From Lepidodermella squamata (lineage: Eukaryota; Animalia; Gastrotricha), in contig JBLDXI010000015.1 in assembly GCA_047495785.1 (NCBI GenBank), positions 4,526,001-4,590,000 on the forward strand: a DNA stretch of 64,000 nt, given 5' to 3'. A program made the position numbers and the translations under genes. Positions 37,546 through 50,382 of the stretch are shown here, piece by piece (position 1 is the stretch's first letter; each line of letters starts with the position of its first letter). Below the pieces are notes generated by a model, which was given only the letters and a program-made list of their open reading frames with translations, did not search any database and was not told the DNA's origin.

Positions 37546-38921
37546 TCACGGCAAGTTTAATTCGCCTAATATTAAACAAAATTAAGTCATCGGAGTGTTT
37601 GAGAGTTTGCTCGTAGGAATGAACCCGCAAGCTGTGCGCTGTGCTCGTAAGAAAAAAGAAAAGAGAGACGCCAGCAGTCAGGAGGTTTGGGGTTTGAGGC
37701 TGGTGGAAATGTAGAATAGTTTAACGAACTGTACCTTATTCCACTTGATATGCATAACAGTCAGCGTTACCAATTACCAAAGGGACATCATTAGCTCGTG
37801 CCTACCTGAAAAAAACGTGCTGACCGATGCGGGAGGGACATAAACACGGGCACAAGGACAAAAAACTAAGCGGGTTCTTCAAGGTCAAGGTATTTTTATT
37901 TTAACATTTTTCAGAGCATATACCTTTATTATTGCATTTCAGGAGAATATTATTTTGTCTTTGTTTAATACTTTAGTAGCATGTGATTGCTGTTCCATCA
38001 AGCGCGAGCAGCGAGTAGGCCTCGTCGTCTTCCGGTTGAAACTCCCCAGTGTCGAACGTAGGTGCTAGCTTGTGGTTATTTTGTTACACACGTTCATTAG
38101 CTCATAGTAGCAAATAAACTATTGGCAACGACGGCATCAGGTTGCTATGACGAACGGCAAAACTTGACACTTGCTCACAAGCAGCTGAGCATCGGCCTGA
38201 CTGAGATTATCATCGATGCTCAATTATTACCTGAATGGCAATCATGAAATATTGCTACGTTCATTGCGTTTCTTATGATTGTGCCAGTGATTTCGGCTGT
38301 TATTGTGTGTTGTTGATGGGACATCGTTCTCCATATCTAAGCATAGTGCATGATAGTGCATGGTTCTGGAAAGCGCGTCTGATGGCGGCGCATTTCCTTC
38401 TTAACATTTGCTATTTCGCCGGTTTTCACCGTGGCTCTACCGTGTGCTGCCAGAGGTGGAGGTAATGATGATGCACACCTGTTACCAACGTCTGCCACAT
38501 CGCATAAGTCTCCATGGTATTTGAAATTGTAGTCAAATACCGATATTTTTCAGTGACTTCGGTCGGCTGCTATCGTGAGCTCTATCTTCAAACGCGGGCG
38601 TTGAACCGTATCACTGACGTTAAAATTATCGAAAGTAATTGCTCGAGAGCGCTTTGTTTCTCACTGACGATATTCTTTGGAATATTGATCTAATATCATT
38701 TGTTACGCCGTTTTGTTGCTCAGCTGTAATTTTAGATGCAAGGCAGCAAGACAAGTCGGCGTCAAGTTTTACTGCAGTCAACAATACCATTTATGAATAA
38801 GTTAGTCAATCGACATCGATAGGAACTTTCAGAATTTCAGTTCACAAGAAAGAAATAAAACATACGGAAACAACATAATATGTGGTGCGTAAATGTAATA
38901 AAGTTTTCTGAGGTTTCAGTA

Positions 38922-39156
38922 TTATTCAGAATCCACGGAGTCTGTTGGCTCTTTGTGTTCACAATTATCATTAGGGCCGTCCCCGCTAGGCGTGGGAGGA
39001 GGTTGAAGCTCATCATCATAACCATAATTAGGCACGAAGTGATTGTCATTACTACGATCAACATCGCTAATCACATCTTCATTAACCTTTACAACGTTGG
39101 TAGATTCTGTAGTATCACAAGCATCTTTCTCATCTCTTTCTGGTTCGTCTGGTTCC

Positions 39157-39204
<48 letters not shown>

Positions 39205-42200
39205 ACTTTAGCAGATTGCGGTTCGCCGAACTCATCATCAGAAGAATCGCGCTCTGTGATTCGTGTTTCCTCAGGATCAGTCATTCCTTGTAATGGAGAT
39301 TCGTTGCTTGGCCGTGGCGGCGAGGGTGGATCCAGTTGTTCCTGCCGACTGTCGCCAGCAGTCGTGCTGATATGCTCCGAGTTAGCATTTGTCATTGACA
39401 AATGATGGGAGAAGTCCATTTTTAAATTGATCTTTTGTTGAGCAGCCGAAATGCCTCTCTGAAAGGATCCATTTGAGCTATTCGTTTGGTGGGGGTTGGA
39501 CGCGACTGTTTTCTGAGACAGAACTTCTTGAAGCTGCTGTCTCAGAGACGGCGCTTGAGCAGTTATACTTCGGAACTCAGTTGGATTTGCAGTAGCCAAA
39601 GAGCTAATACATTCGGACAGCACAGGAACGAGTGATTTTGTTGCCGCCAACTGAGAATGAGTCAACGAAGCTCTGGCGAAGAGTCTAAGGGCAACTTCCA
39701 ACAGCTCAATTTCTGGATAAGTAAAACGTATCTCATCAAGACGAGTAAAAAAAACAAAGCAGAAAAGCTTACTGTTTTTAGATGCGGATGAAGACAAAAA
39801 GTCGATTATTGCACGAATGAGAGAAACGGCTGCGGTTAATATGTTGAGCGACGGGACAACTTTTCCCGTCGGTCCAGTACCCAGAACAATAGCACAGACA
39901 TTATGCATTGATGCTGAAACAACGGCGGCAATCAGATCAGCAGCAAACGGAGCACCACCGCGAGGCATTGAGCTAAGATCGATGCCGACTACGAGGCGCC
40001 GCAAGGCTGCAATTGTCGATAAACATTCATTCGGGTTGTTGCAAGTTAGGCACCGGTTGATAATAGTTGTAGACATTGATTGCAACTGTTCGAACTGTGT
40101 TTCCGAGCACTTGGAGTATCCCGCCGGACAAGGCGCGGACAGAGGCACCAAAAAGCAGTCAATTAAAATGATAGCACTCGCAGCAGATGTGATTTGAGAA
40201 GTGTTTATCAAGGTGTTGAGGGTTTGCTCAACGAATCTCCAAATCATTATTCCTGTCAGCGGGGACGGAGTCTCGTCGCTGCTGTGTTCCGAAATAGTTG
40301 AAACCAATCGAGAAACAGTAGATGACAAGCCCGGCACTACGTTCTTCGGAAAGTCTGCATGAAACGCGGCGGCTTGAATTGCGCGAGACATCAAAGCGAA
40401 AATGGACGGTGTCGTTGTGGGGTGGCACTGAACCAGAGAAGGCAGCGAGCCAAGCAGTTCCAAAACAGAAGCACCTAAACTACCCATTTCACCTGGGTTG
40501 AGCATTGACGGATTTTGATGTGGGGACAACACACGATGAGCAATAGCCAGCAAGACACGCTCTGCAACTACAACATCACCAGAAAACGGGGCATTCGTTT
40601 GCTGGTGCTGAAAAGTAGACGGTGACATGTCGGTTTTAGATCCAACAAGAGTTAGACCTAAAAGAGAGGGCGATGCAGTCATACTTCCCGGAGTTGCCGA
40701 AATGCTTGAAAAATTCGGGTGGCGATTGTAGCAGACGACCAAACTTTTAGAAATAGCAGTGGCAAGGCCAACAACGGAAGGCTGTAGCTTTTGAGTCAAC
40801 TCTCGGACGAGAAGCAGTCGGTAAGTGATTTGAAGCAGTTCTCGAACAACAACAAAATCTTCAGCGAATCGGCTAGCGGCCCAACTGCTAGAAAACAAGC
40901 GAGTCAGCGCACGGAGGCAAGCAATCAAGGTTGGTGGAGGGTCGATATTGAGCCGTTCGCACAGAGTACCAGCACAAGTACCAAGAACCAACAACAATGA
41001 TGAATCAGGCGGAGTTGGAGCACTAGAACCATCCGGTAGAGGGGAGGAAGATGAAGCGGCATTGCTGCTGATGAGCCATAGAGATGCCGCTTGGACAACA
41101 GCAGGAAAAGCCGCGATGCACAGTCGACGGGCATCTGGTAGGTCTAGATTCTCCGTAAGATGCGATAAACTCAGTTGAGATGCTTTAGGCGCAGCTGCGT
41201 TATCGACATGTTGAACAGCCGACGCACCAACAAATGCAAGCAACGCGTAGTCGCGAAGAACGTGAAGCCACAGCGGGCCTAACAGCTCCAAATTGGGCGT
41301 GACAAGACCAACCAGGCTTTCGCCAGCATTTGTGGCACCTTCATCATTCGAATCGACATCAGCCGAATTACTTGGCAAAGAACCGAGTCGCTGCTGCTCT
41401 CGGCTATCGGCTTCGACGTAAACTTCTGCCCATGCCCTTAACACTCCAAACATTTCAGCGGCTTGAGTGTATCCGACCGGAATGGTTTGTTTGCCGCCTT
41501 GGCTGCCCTGACTTTGCTCCAACCTGTTCAGCATCCCGACCAGTAAAATGTGAATTCTCATTAAATCGGCGGGTTCACGTGTAATTCCACTCGCCAACCA
41601 TGCTGAACAAACATCGCAAGCATCCGCGGTTATGTAAGGTGGTGCATCGGCAGCAAAGGCTGGTCTGAGCGACGCACCCATTTGAGCCTGATACTGCTCT
41701 AAAAGCGACGATCCAGCCGGCAACTCAGGATCCTGTGACTCAGCAAAGTGACAAATCATGGATCGCATGGCAGCGAGACCGCCAAGACGCACGTTCAGGC
41801 ACGGATGAGTCGCAGCCAATGAAACAAGGCGAACAATGTCCGGCAAGTGAAGCACCAACCAGCAATTTCCACCGGCAGCTCTCGCTAAATTCAGATCGAA
41901 ATGACGCGAATCGCCGCTGGCATGACAGTAATCGATTAATCGAGTTAAACAATTTACTGCAAACACGCGGCTTCTCCATCTCGGTAAGAGTGGTGGATTC
42001 GGGTCTTCAACTATTACAGGGCCAAAACGAGCCCCTTCCTCGCCCTCATCTTCATCCTCATCATCGTCATCTTCATCCGCTAAGCCACCTTTCGATTTTT
42101 TCGTTTTAGAGCCAGAAGCTTTTTGCTTATTTCCACCTTGAGACGATGACGCATTTCCAGCCCCAGGGCCCTGAGTGTTGCTTTCGTTCGAAGTTTTGCT

Positions 42201-45200
42201 CAAAACATCTCGAATAAGAAGCAACCACACCGATAACCGAGCAGTTCCAATTGACTGCAACAAACTTATCAGCGCTTCGTGAATATCACTCCTTAGTTGC
42301 GCATCGGTTTCGACGTCGAGTAACGAAAATAACTGACACTCCAGTTCGAGTTTCCCGCTATCCCCGGATTGGCGAATCGCATGTTCGATCAAATCAAGAG
42401 GCTCGCGTTGAGCTAGCTGCCTCAAACACCCAGCCGCCGCCCGGCGTACAACAACAAGTGGCGACGATTTGATAGTAACTGCAGAGCACGAGCTCCAGTC
42501 GTCCAAAGTATCGACTTGCTGCTGCGTTAACAGCAAAATCTCGAACAATTTTGGCACCAAAGTGAGTAGTGATACATGACGCGGGGCGTACAAATGCAAC
42601 TGCTGGTAGCAGGCAAGTGCTTCAGCTTGAGCATAAGCAGTTTCGGGTGATAGCTTTGCGCCGCGATCGGTCGCCATCAGAGCAGATAAAGCGGTTAGAA
42701 TGCATGACCTCGCTTCGTCCATCACACTGTTATTGGCAGCTAGCTCGGGACCGAGGGTGGTAATGATCGCATTAAGGCAGCGAGCGGCAAGTTGTAGTAG
42801 ATGAGAACTGCCTTGAACTGTGTTTGCTGTGCCAAGGGCGTGAAGTAGGACCGAGACGATCAAGGTGACTAAAGATTCGGCGTAGGACCGAACTAAAGGA
42901 CCATTTGCGTCCAGAGTAACGGCCAAAGCATGCAGAGCCGCTGCCTGAACGGATGTGGCGGTGTGATCTTGGGCCAAGCCCAACAATAACCCGATGCAGT
43001 GCTGCAAAGCTGGAGGCGATAACACTTGTCCACTCATATGATTGGCCCCGCATTGGCACAAAATGGCTCCGAGAGCCAGAGACTGACAGATCCTGGTGTT
43101 CATATCTCTACTCGACCGTAATCGGTCGGTGGTGGATTGGCGAAGGTCAGCCGCATATCTAGCATCGCCGACAGCTGCAGCCAAGCGGCCTAGGGCTTCA
43201 GTTCCAGCTGATCTGATCAACGGAATGCGTGATTCGATGGCCTCGTGAATGAGCGTTGTCACGCTTGTCAACCATTCGGGAGAGTACGGTGTGCTGTTTG
43301 TCGCCGTATTTCGGAAATACAACAACAGAACAGCCAACATGTTACATTGAACAGCTTGTTGCCGCAATTGGCCGGCTTTAGCTTGACGTATTGCTTCGCC
43401 GAAGTGGCTGACAATTTGAAGTCGATGTTTAGCTGGCAGATTTGGCAAAATCACTGCTAATAACCGAGCTGCGTTGCTCACAAGATTCGTTGATCGGGGA
43501 ACTTGGCCCACTTGCCAAACCGCTGTTACCAGGGATGGCGGGTCAATTGATTGGGAAATCAGTAAAGAAGGATCATGTTCAAGCGCCAAAGGAAAATCGA
43601 GCACCATTGTTGAATTAGGACCCAACGTGAGCAACAAATTGATATGATGTTGGCCCAAAGTTTGAAATAGTAAGGGAGCGGCCGACGCTGTGTTGTAACC
43701 AACAGGGTCGACTAGGGTCAAATCGGCAACGATTTCACGTAACAGTCCCGCGGGACTGCTGACAAGTCCGGAAACAGCGGTAGACGGTGCGCCATTTGTT
43801 GGCGATTGCAGTACAGTGTTGAGCAACGAGTACAAGCGGCTCCGAAACGCAGCAGCTGATATTTTGACTGCATTACCGTGAGTTTTGCTGATATTAGGTA
43901 GCTGGTCGACGAAAATAACGGCGCGATGTACAAGAGCGAGCAGCTTAAGGTACAAATCAGTCGAGGTGTTGCCGATGGAGGTTTGGGTCGGGTCGGCCGA
44001 AGTTGGGAAAATGTAGGGCCAACGAATAGCCAAGATCTCAAGAACCTGAAGTACGACAGTTCGAGCTTCCATCATAACTTGCCAAGTGAAGGCATTCCCG
44101 TTGGCTTGGTTTGAGGTCTCATCATTCGCACCGCCATTCAAAGCCGAGGTTCTCGGGAAAACGCGAAGGCAAAGAGCTAACAAGCGAGGCAGTAATGGCC
44201 TTACGGAAAGAGGACTGTGTCGAACGATTGCTCCTAAAATCAGGTAAGCAACACTCGCCCTCGCTTCGGATAATCGCAGAGTCAATGGCACACAGTGCAA
44301 CATGTGAACGGCTAGATCGAACATACGTCTAATCGCACTAGGCGACAAACCGCTCGTGGCAACTGACCCAACATCGCCGATAGAAACGCCTCGAGGAGCT
44401 TCGTCAGGCGGCGCAGCTGCGGCGATCAAAGTTGCGATTGCTGTTCCGAACCCGAAAATAACTTCCGGGGTTAGTTGTACATCATGCGAGTCGTGAAGAA
44501 CAGCGGCACATCTGTCGAGCAGTGGTGCAAGAGCTGGCGGGTATGCGAGTCCGATAGATCTCAAACAAAGGCACGCAGCACTTCGAACCGAATTGGAGCT
44601 ATGAGCCAGAGAAGCGAAGAGAGCTTCCAGAATAGGTGACTGCTTGTTGTTTAGCGAAAATAGCGCTGGATTTAGAACAATTGCGTCGCCTACAAGCGTA
44701 GTCAGGCTGCTCATGTGAAATAGGGAGCACACAACTGTGTGGACCAAATGCTGCTCTTGCTCTTGATGTCTTCTAGCCGCTGGAACTTCGGTTGCAGGCG
44801 CGTTTGCGCCGCTGTTAGTTTGAGCCGGCAAGGAAGCGGCGTTGCTAGTCGGCGAAACAACCATAACAATAGCAGAGTCTACCATCGAGTCACCTTGAGA
44901 CGCGGCGCCGTCAGACGAAATTTCATTTTTTGCGATACTGATGTGCTTTAGAATGTAGTTTGATAAATGTAGTAGAGCTGAAATCTGCGCTGGCTCACTC
45001 AGCATCAGCCCGACAGTAGATGAAAGAATATGCAATATGCATCGACGAACAACCAGCAAATCCACGTGCTGCTGATGAGCACTTTCGCCTCCGTTCAATA
45101 CGGAGCGCGTTGCAGAGGCACAAATCATATTGACATGATCCAAAAATTGAGGAAGGTGTTGGCCAAGCCAACGAGACCCGAGTAGCCGAATGAATTCAAC

Positions 45201-46342
45201 GTAAGCGTGAGCGATCTCATACCGCAGTTCGTGCGGAACGGAGACGGGCCTGGCAGTTATCAAATCAATAGGTCTAAGCGCATTTGCAGCAGAGGATGCG
45301 GTACCACGCGTGAACATGTTTCCAAATACAATCAGAGCATCGTCGGGGGCCAGCAACGGATTTTTTGAAGCATTAGCAGGTGACTTGGAGAATGATGAAA
45401 TTGGCTGAACACCGGCTTCCTTAATCAAGTAAGCTATTAAATCAGCTGTTGATCTCTGCAAGTCGGCGAATCCGCAGCACAAGCTTCCAACGGTACCCCC
45501 TGCGGTTGTACCCGGCTCTAAAATCACGACTCGGCTACATTGCTGAACAATAGCGTCCAACTCTGTGTTAGCACCCTGCGGAATATACGGCAGTCCTTCG
45601 GCCATCGATTTCAAACATGCTATCGATGCCAGTCTAACAGGCACAACTCTATCACCAAGACCAGACCGCGCCAACTTGAGAATGTCGCGCTGAACATTGG
45701 CAGCCACGTTGCCGAGTCCGTTTATAATTTTTCCAAACGCGATGAGGCTTTCACAGCGGGTTTGAGACTCGGCGGTTTTGTAACCTTTGATCAAATACGT
45801 TACTGCTAAATCATATGATCGGCCAACCATGCGACCAAGTCGTTGACAAATGAGGCCAATGCAACATATCGCGGCGCTAATAAAAAATAAAGGTATAACG
45901 GTGAGTTTATGCGGATGTAGCTGAGCTTACAGTCTTCTCGAGATGAAAGCAGCTGAACTGTCGTTAGTTTTTATGATATCTGTTAGTCGATTCATCACAT
46001 CAAACAGCTTGGTGGTATCTCCCACCAAAAATATCGAGGTCAGACATGTTGCCAATGTGAATCTGGCAGTAAAGCCATTTACGGTAAGTAGCTGACTCAA
46101 CAGCTGCTCCAGTATTATGTCTTGCTTGTCCTTTATATCCGCCTAATCATAACAATAATAACAAGCTTAACTTGTTGTCGAAATTGACTGCTATATATTA
46201 CCTTTCTGGCAGCAGAAAGAACTTTTTCAAGGAAACGTAACCACTCATAGACGAACACACTCTTCTTATGATCCGGCAGCTTCTCCAGCACTTCGATATT
46301 CAGACACAAGCTGTGTGCGAGCTCCATATTCAAGGAATTCAT
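38922..46342 (-). CDS. HEATR5: HEAT repeat-containing protein 5 (HEATR5A/B, Laa1-like)
   Basis: [10 protein letters not shown]...[78 protein letters not shown]; two short 5' exons and a probable 60-nt in-frame intron 39713-39772. Confidence 0.93.
39150..39204 (-). repeat. Coding hexamer microsatellite encoding (EP)n in the HEATR5 tail
   Basis: About 9 TGGTTC units on +; translates as [18 protein letters not shown] on the minus strand. Confidence 0.9.
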
Positions 46343-47196
46343 GACAGCTCGTTTTATCGGTTCATAAAAACCTATGAAGTATGTTATATAAAGGAACTAT
46401 AAAGAGTGGTTTAAGGTTTAGGAATTTATGTTCTCGCAAGTCACGAGGAAGATGCAAAGCAATGGTGGTGGCAGCGATATGACCATTATTCTGGGGTAGC
46501 AATAACGCCTCCTCGGTAAAAACTACGTCCTAAAAACCAGTGCTATTTTTCTCTATGCAAGCCACAAGTCGTGCTAGGAAGCCTTCAAATGAAATCACTG
46601 CACAGCCCTTCTAATCATGCTACCGAAAGCTAATATCCACACGTGCGTAAATACCTCTACCGTCTTATTAGGAGCCAGGAGCCGGCAATCTTCAAAATGA
46701 TGGGCGTGATAGTGAACCTCAGAACAGGCCACTCAGTAACGCCTTATAGCAAGTTGTGGTCACCAGGTCTGTCTCTGCAAACTGCTTTTATGAAAGACTT
46801 TTTTGCGGTACTCTACTTTTTCTACTGCGGCAAATAAATTGCTTTTTTCAAAAACAATTTGCGAATCAAATTTATTTACAAACAGAGCAATATGTAGTTT
46901 TATATATGTGAAAAACAAAATCACGTAACGCCCGCTAAAAGATTCTAGTCAGTACTAGTACTAGGCGCGGGCCAGAGTAGCCAAACGCTGTGTGAGAAGG
47001 TTTCAGGTGTAGCTAGCGGGGTTTCGCGAATGAGGTGCCACTTTCCCATGATTACAGTCCTTACTGTTCTCCCACTTTCATGCTTTCCGTACCTTACTGT
47101 TTCCCCAATTTATGCAATCAAATTTTGCTATCCAAATGAGCGCCATGTCTGCACACAGATGGTGTGTGTACGGTGGAAACCGTCAGCCTCCAGGGC

Positions 47197-47209
47197 TTCC
47201 AGAATGTTC
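47197..47209. promoter_or_regulatory. Possible heat-shock element
   Basis: TTCcaGAAtgTTC matches the three-unit nGAAn consensus in the divergent HEATR5/CDC26 intergenic region; motif match only. Confidence 0.3.
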
Positions 47210-47540
47210 TAATATAGATGAAAACCGTTGCCCGTTGCTATCTCCTACGTCATTCAGCGTGAATCTTTGGTCTTGAAGAAATCCGTGCATATTTTACAGA
47301 GCGCTAATAGTTAGTTTGTTTAAAGGTCATTAGGTGACACCTTGAGGTCTTTCGCTGTTGAACATCGGCTAATTTTCGCACTTGCTTCACTGTTTCAAGT
47401 TCTTATGCGTATTGCACTAGCCACGTTACACTAAAAGCATAAACTTGCTTCTTCGCACAGTAGCTTATTGCCGTTCGTTTCAAGAACTGTCACTGTAATT
47501 ATTTCTGCTCACTGTAGTGTATGATATATTTGGCATTTTC

Positions 47541-47813
47541 ATGATTCGACGACCTCTTAAGGCAATCGAGTTGAAAAAAGAAGACATCAGGCAAGAACTT
47601 CAAGAGTTGGAACAACGTGTTTTGCGTGCTCCGGCGACTGAAATTAAAACAGAAGAAACTGCGAAGAAGCCATCAGCAGTCGGAACTCCCGATACCCCTG
47701 CTGAGCTTCGAACCCCAGGTGCAGATACCATCGAGATTCGTCAACGCATTGGCTATCAAACTCCAGCTCAGACAAGTACCCCAGCTGACGGCCTTTTCTA
47801 CACTCCGCGTTGA
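47541..47813 (+). CDS. CDC26: Anaphase-promoting complex subunit CDC26 (APC12)
   Basis: 90 aa; MIRRPLKAIELKKEDIRQE matches the CDC26 N-terminal MLRRxPxxLELKxDDI pattern, plus the IRQRIGY motif. Confidence 0.75.
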   Translation: MIRRPLKAIELKKEDIRQELQELEQRVLRAPATEIKTEETAKKPSAVGTPDTPAELRTPGADTIEIRQRIGYQTPAQTSTPADGLFYTPR

Positions 47814-47816
47814 ATC

Positions 47817-50336
47817 ATGTCAGATAAACCGTCTACCAGCTCAAACCCTGCTCTTTTTAGCTTTGAGAATGAATCAGATAACAATTTTATCGGTGCTTTA
47901 CCAGACCCAGGTCAGCTGGACTCCGCTGCTAGCTCTGCCCCTGCTCGGCGTAGCCAAAATCTTCCAGAGGAAGCAACTCGTTTGTATGGAGAGGCTGCTG
48001 TCACTTATGCGAGAGGCAGTCGCGACGAAGCAAGGGTTTTATGCCTAGAAGTCGTTAAACTTGCTCCATCTTACGCCCCTGCTTACCAACTTCTTGCCAG
48101 TATTTGTGAGGATGAATCAAATATGGAGGGATATTTGCAGTACCAGTTAGTAGCCGCCCATCTGACGCCTGATGATTATGATCTATGGCTGCATTTAGCG
48201 GATATTGCGCTGGACAAAGCCAAAGCTGAAATGGCAAATGCGGAGTTACGTGAGAAACATTTTCAGCTGGCTGCGTTCTGCCTTCGTCGCGCTACTAAAG
48301 TCGTGCCTGCCACTTTCCCAAAATTGAGCATCTATGAGCGCTATCTGCTTACTCTTGAGAACAAACCCGTGAAGCAATATCAGGTATTGCAGCAAATATT
48401 GGGAGATTGTTACCCTCAAATGTTTCATGCCGAGTACATGGCAGCGTTCAGAAGTTATGCCAATCACTCTGCTAAAGCTGGAGATCATGCATCGGCCGTT
48501 AATGCCATGTTGAGTGCTTCGTTTTATTGTCCTGAGCATTTTCAAGCCAGCGACTACGACTTGGTTCTACAAAGTGGCTTTGCTGCGAAAATGTGGTGCC
48601 ATGTCATCGTTTTCTATAGTCGCTTGAACATGGTCCGGCTTGTCTCGTCGGAAACTCGCCTGCCGATTAATGTGAGGTCAAGCCCAAACGTTGATGGTGA
48701 TGATACGAAACAACTGGACGATTGGTTGAAGAAAACTGCCCTCGGCGTTGAAGTTGATGTAAATCGTATGAATGACTACCTTATCAGCAGATTTGCCGCT
48801 GCTCTACTCTATATTTCTTGCCCCTTGAAAGTGGTTCAGCCTCTTGCCATGCTGTTCTCCAAACGTGTTTTGCCGCAGATTGATAATCCCGCAAGGTTCA
48901 ACGATTATTTGATCGTTTCCAGAGCCGCCGCTACTGTAAATACGTTATATCATTCTTTGGTCTGCTCGCTGATCGAACCTCTTCTTGGCACTTCAAAGAC
49001 TTCCCTTGAAGCTTCGAATCCAGATGTCGCAACTGCTATTGAAATCAATTTATGGTACGCTAATGCAAAAACTGCAATGGGTGATCTGAATGGGGCTGCT
49101 CATTTTTACAAAAAAATTCTCGAAGCAGCCCCGCAACACATTCATGTACGTCAAGCGTTGGCTGATGTTTTCTCGAAGCTCGATAATCGAGCTGCTGCGA
49201 TCTCGGTGCTGACGGAGAAATTCCCGCTCGACAATCTGACAGTTGACGAGTTTGCGCTTCGTCTCGCACAGTGTTCCGTTTTATCTCAGTGTTCAGGTTG
49301 CGAGGACGCATTTTTGCAATCATCAACTCACCTTCTGTTCGGCGACAAAAGTGACGAAGTCGATGATAAAACGTTGACTGTTTTCGCGAATGTGCACACT
49401 GCGCGTTTGTTTTGCTCACCAGCCGGCTCTCAAAGCGACGATTTGGACTTCTTTTGTCCTCCTCTTCACACCGCTACCTTACAAATGCCGATCAGGCGCT
49501 TGACTCTTCCCCACAGTTGGTTTCCGCAAATTTGGGAGGTGTTCGAGCGGTTATGCAATATTCACTTTGATCGAGGCGAGTACATGCCTCTTTTTCGATT
49601 GCTGATTTTCTGTTTCTTTGCTAACCCAATGCATGAGTTTGCAATTGAAAAAGTAAGGTACATCCTTCTAGTCGTTTGTTTCGCCATGCGGAAGTGGGAA
49701 ATAATCAATACCTGTGTGCGATCGATCATCCGAACCGGTGTCATGAAAGGTTTGACCGAATTTCCGAATTCCGTTTGGAATATGTTGGCGATGTCCTCTT
49801 CACATCTGGACGATATGCGAGCTGTCACGCGAAGCATTACTAGAATTATCGGTAAAAAGCAAACGCTCGAATGTGACGCGATTTACTACATGCTAGGCCA
49901 TGCTGCTTTTGTCCGCGGAAATTACCGAGTTGCTCTTCGCGAATACGGAAATTTGATCAAGCGCCGACCGAGTGATCCTATGTGCTACTTGATGGCCGGC
50001 ATGTGTTTTATCCAACTATCTGCCAATAAATTTCGCAACGGCAGGCCACTTCTCGTCTACCAGGCCATGTGCTGCTTCGAGCGATATCGTGAATATCGAG
50101 GTGACTGTCAGGAAGTTTTTCTCAACATCGGACGCGCCATGCATCACATTGGTTTTACATACATTGCCGCTGATTATTACCGCCGGTGTCTTGAAATGCC
50201 CCCGGTTTGTGGACCACAAGGTGGTACCTACGACTTGCGATCGGAGGCTGCGTTCAATTTGTCTCAAATTTGCCGGCGTAGTGGTTCAGCTACTGCGGCT
50301 CGTTATTTCCTGTCTAAATATTGCGTAGTAGAATAA
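47817..50336 (+). CDS. GTF3C3: General transcription factor IIIC subunit 3 (TFIIIC102/Tfc4), intronless
   Basis: TPR protein: LYGEAAVTYARG...LEVVKLAP..AYQLLA..YQLVAAHLTP; C-terminus QEVFLNIGRAMHHIG...YDLRSEAAFNLSQI...KYCVVE. Confidence 0.92.
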   Translation: MSDKPSTSSNPALFSFENESDNNFIGALPDPGQLDSAASSAPARRSQNLPEEATRLYGEAAVTYARGSRDEARVLCLEVVKLAPSYAPAYQLLASICEDESNMEGYLQYQLVAAHLTPDDYDLWLHLADIALDKAKAEMANAELREKHFQLAAFCLRRATKVVPATFPKLSIYERYLLTLENKPVKQYQVLQQILGDCYPQMFHAEYMAAFRSYANHSAKAGDHASAVNAMLSASFYCPEHFQASDYDLVLQSGFAAKMWCHVIVFYSRLNMVRLVSSETRLPINVRSSPNVDGDDTKQLDDWLKKTALGVEVDVNRMNDYLISRFAAALLYISCPLKVVQPLAMLFSKRVLPQIDNPARFNDYLIVSRAAATVNTLYHSLVCSLIEPLLGTSKTSLEASNPDVATAIEINLWYANAKTAMGDLNGAAHFYKKILEAAPQHIHVRQALADVFSKLDNRAAAISVLTEKFPLDNLTVDEFALRLAQCSVLSQCSGCEDAFLQSSTHLLFGDKSDEVDDKTLTVFANVHTARLFCSPAGSQSDDLDFFCPPLHTATLQMPIRRLTLPHSWFPQIWEVFERLCNIHFDRGEYMPLFRLLIFCFFANPMHEFAIEKVRYILLVVCFAMRKWEIINTCVRSIIRTGVMKGLTEFPNSVWNMLAMSSSHLDDMRAVTRSITRIIGKKQTLECDAIYYMLGHAAFVRGNYRVALREYGNLIKRRPSDPMCYLMAGMCFIQLSANKFRNGRPLLVYQAMCCFERYREYRGDCQEVFLNIGRAMHHIGFTYIAADYYRRCLEMPPVCGPQGGTYDLRSEAAFNLSQICRRSGSATAARYFLSKYCVVE

Positions 50337-50382
50337 ATTTCATACAACTATTAATTTTGATTTATATAGGACCTTATTAAAA

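Noticed and set aside
38880-39405. Plus-strand ORFs with FWFWFW and SGSGSG repeats
   Set aside because: Antisense shadows of the HEATR5 (EP)n microsatellite.
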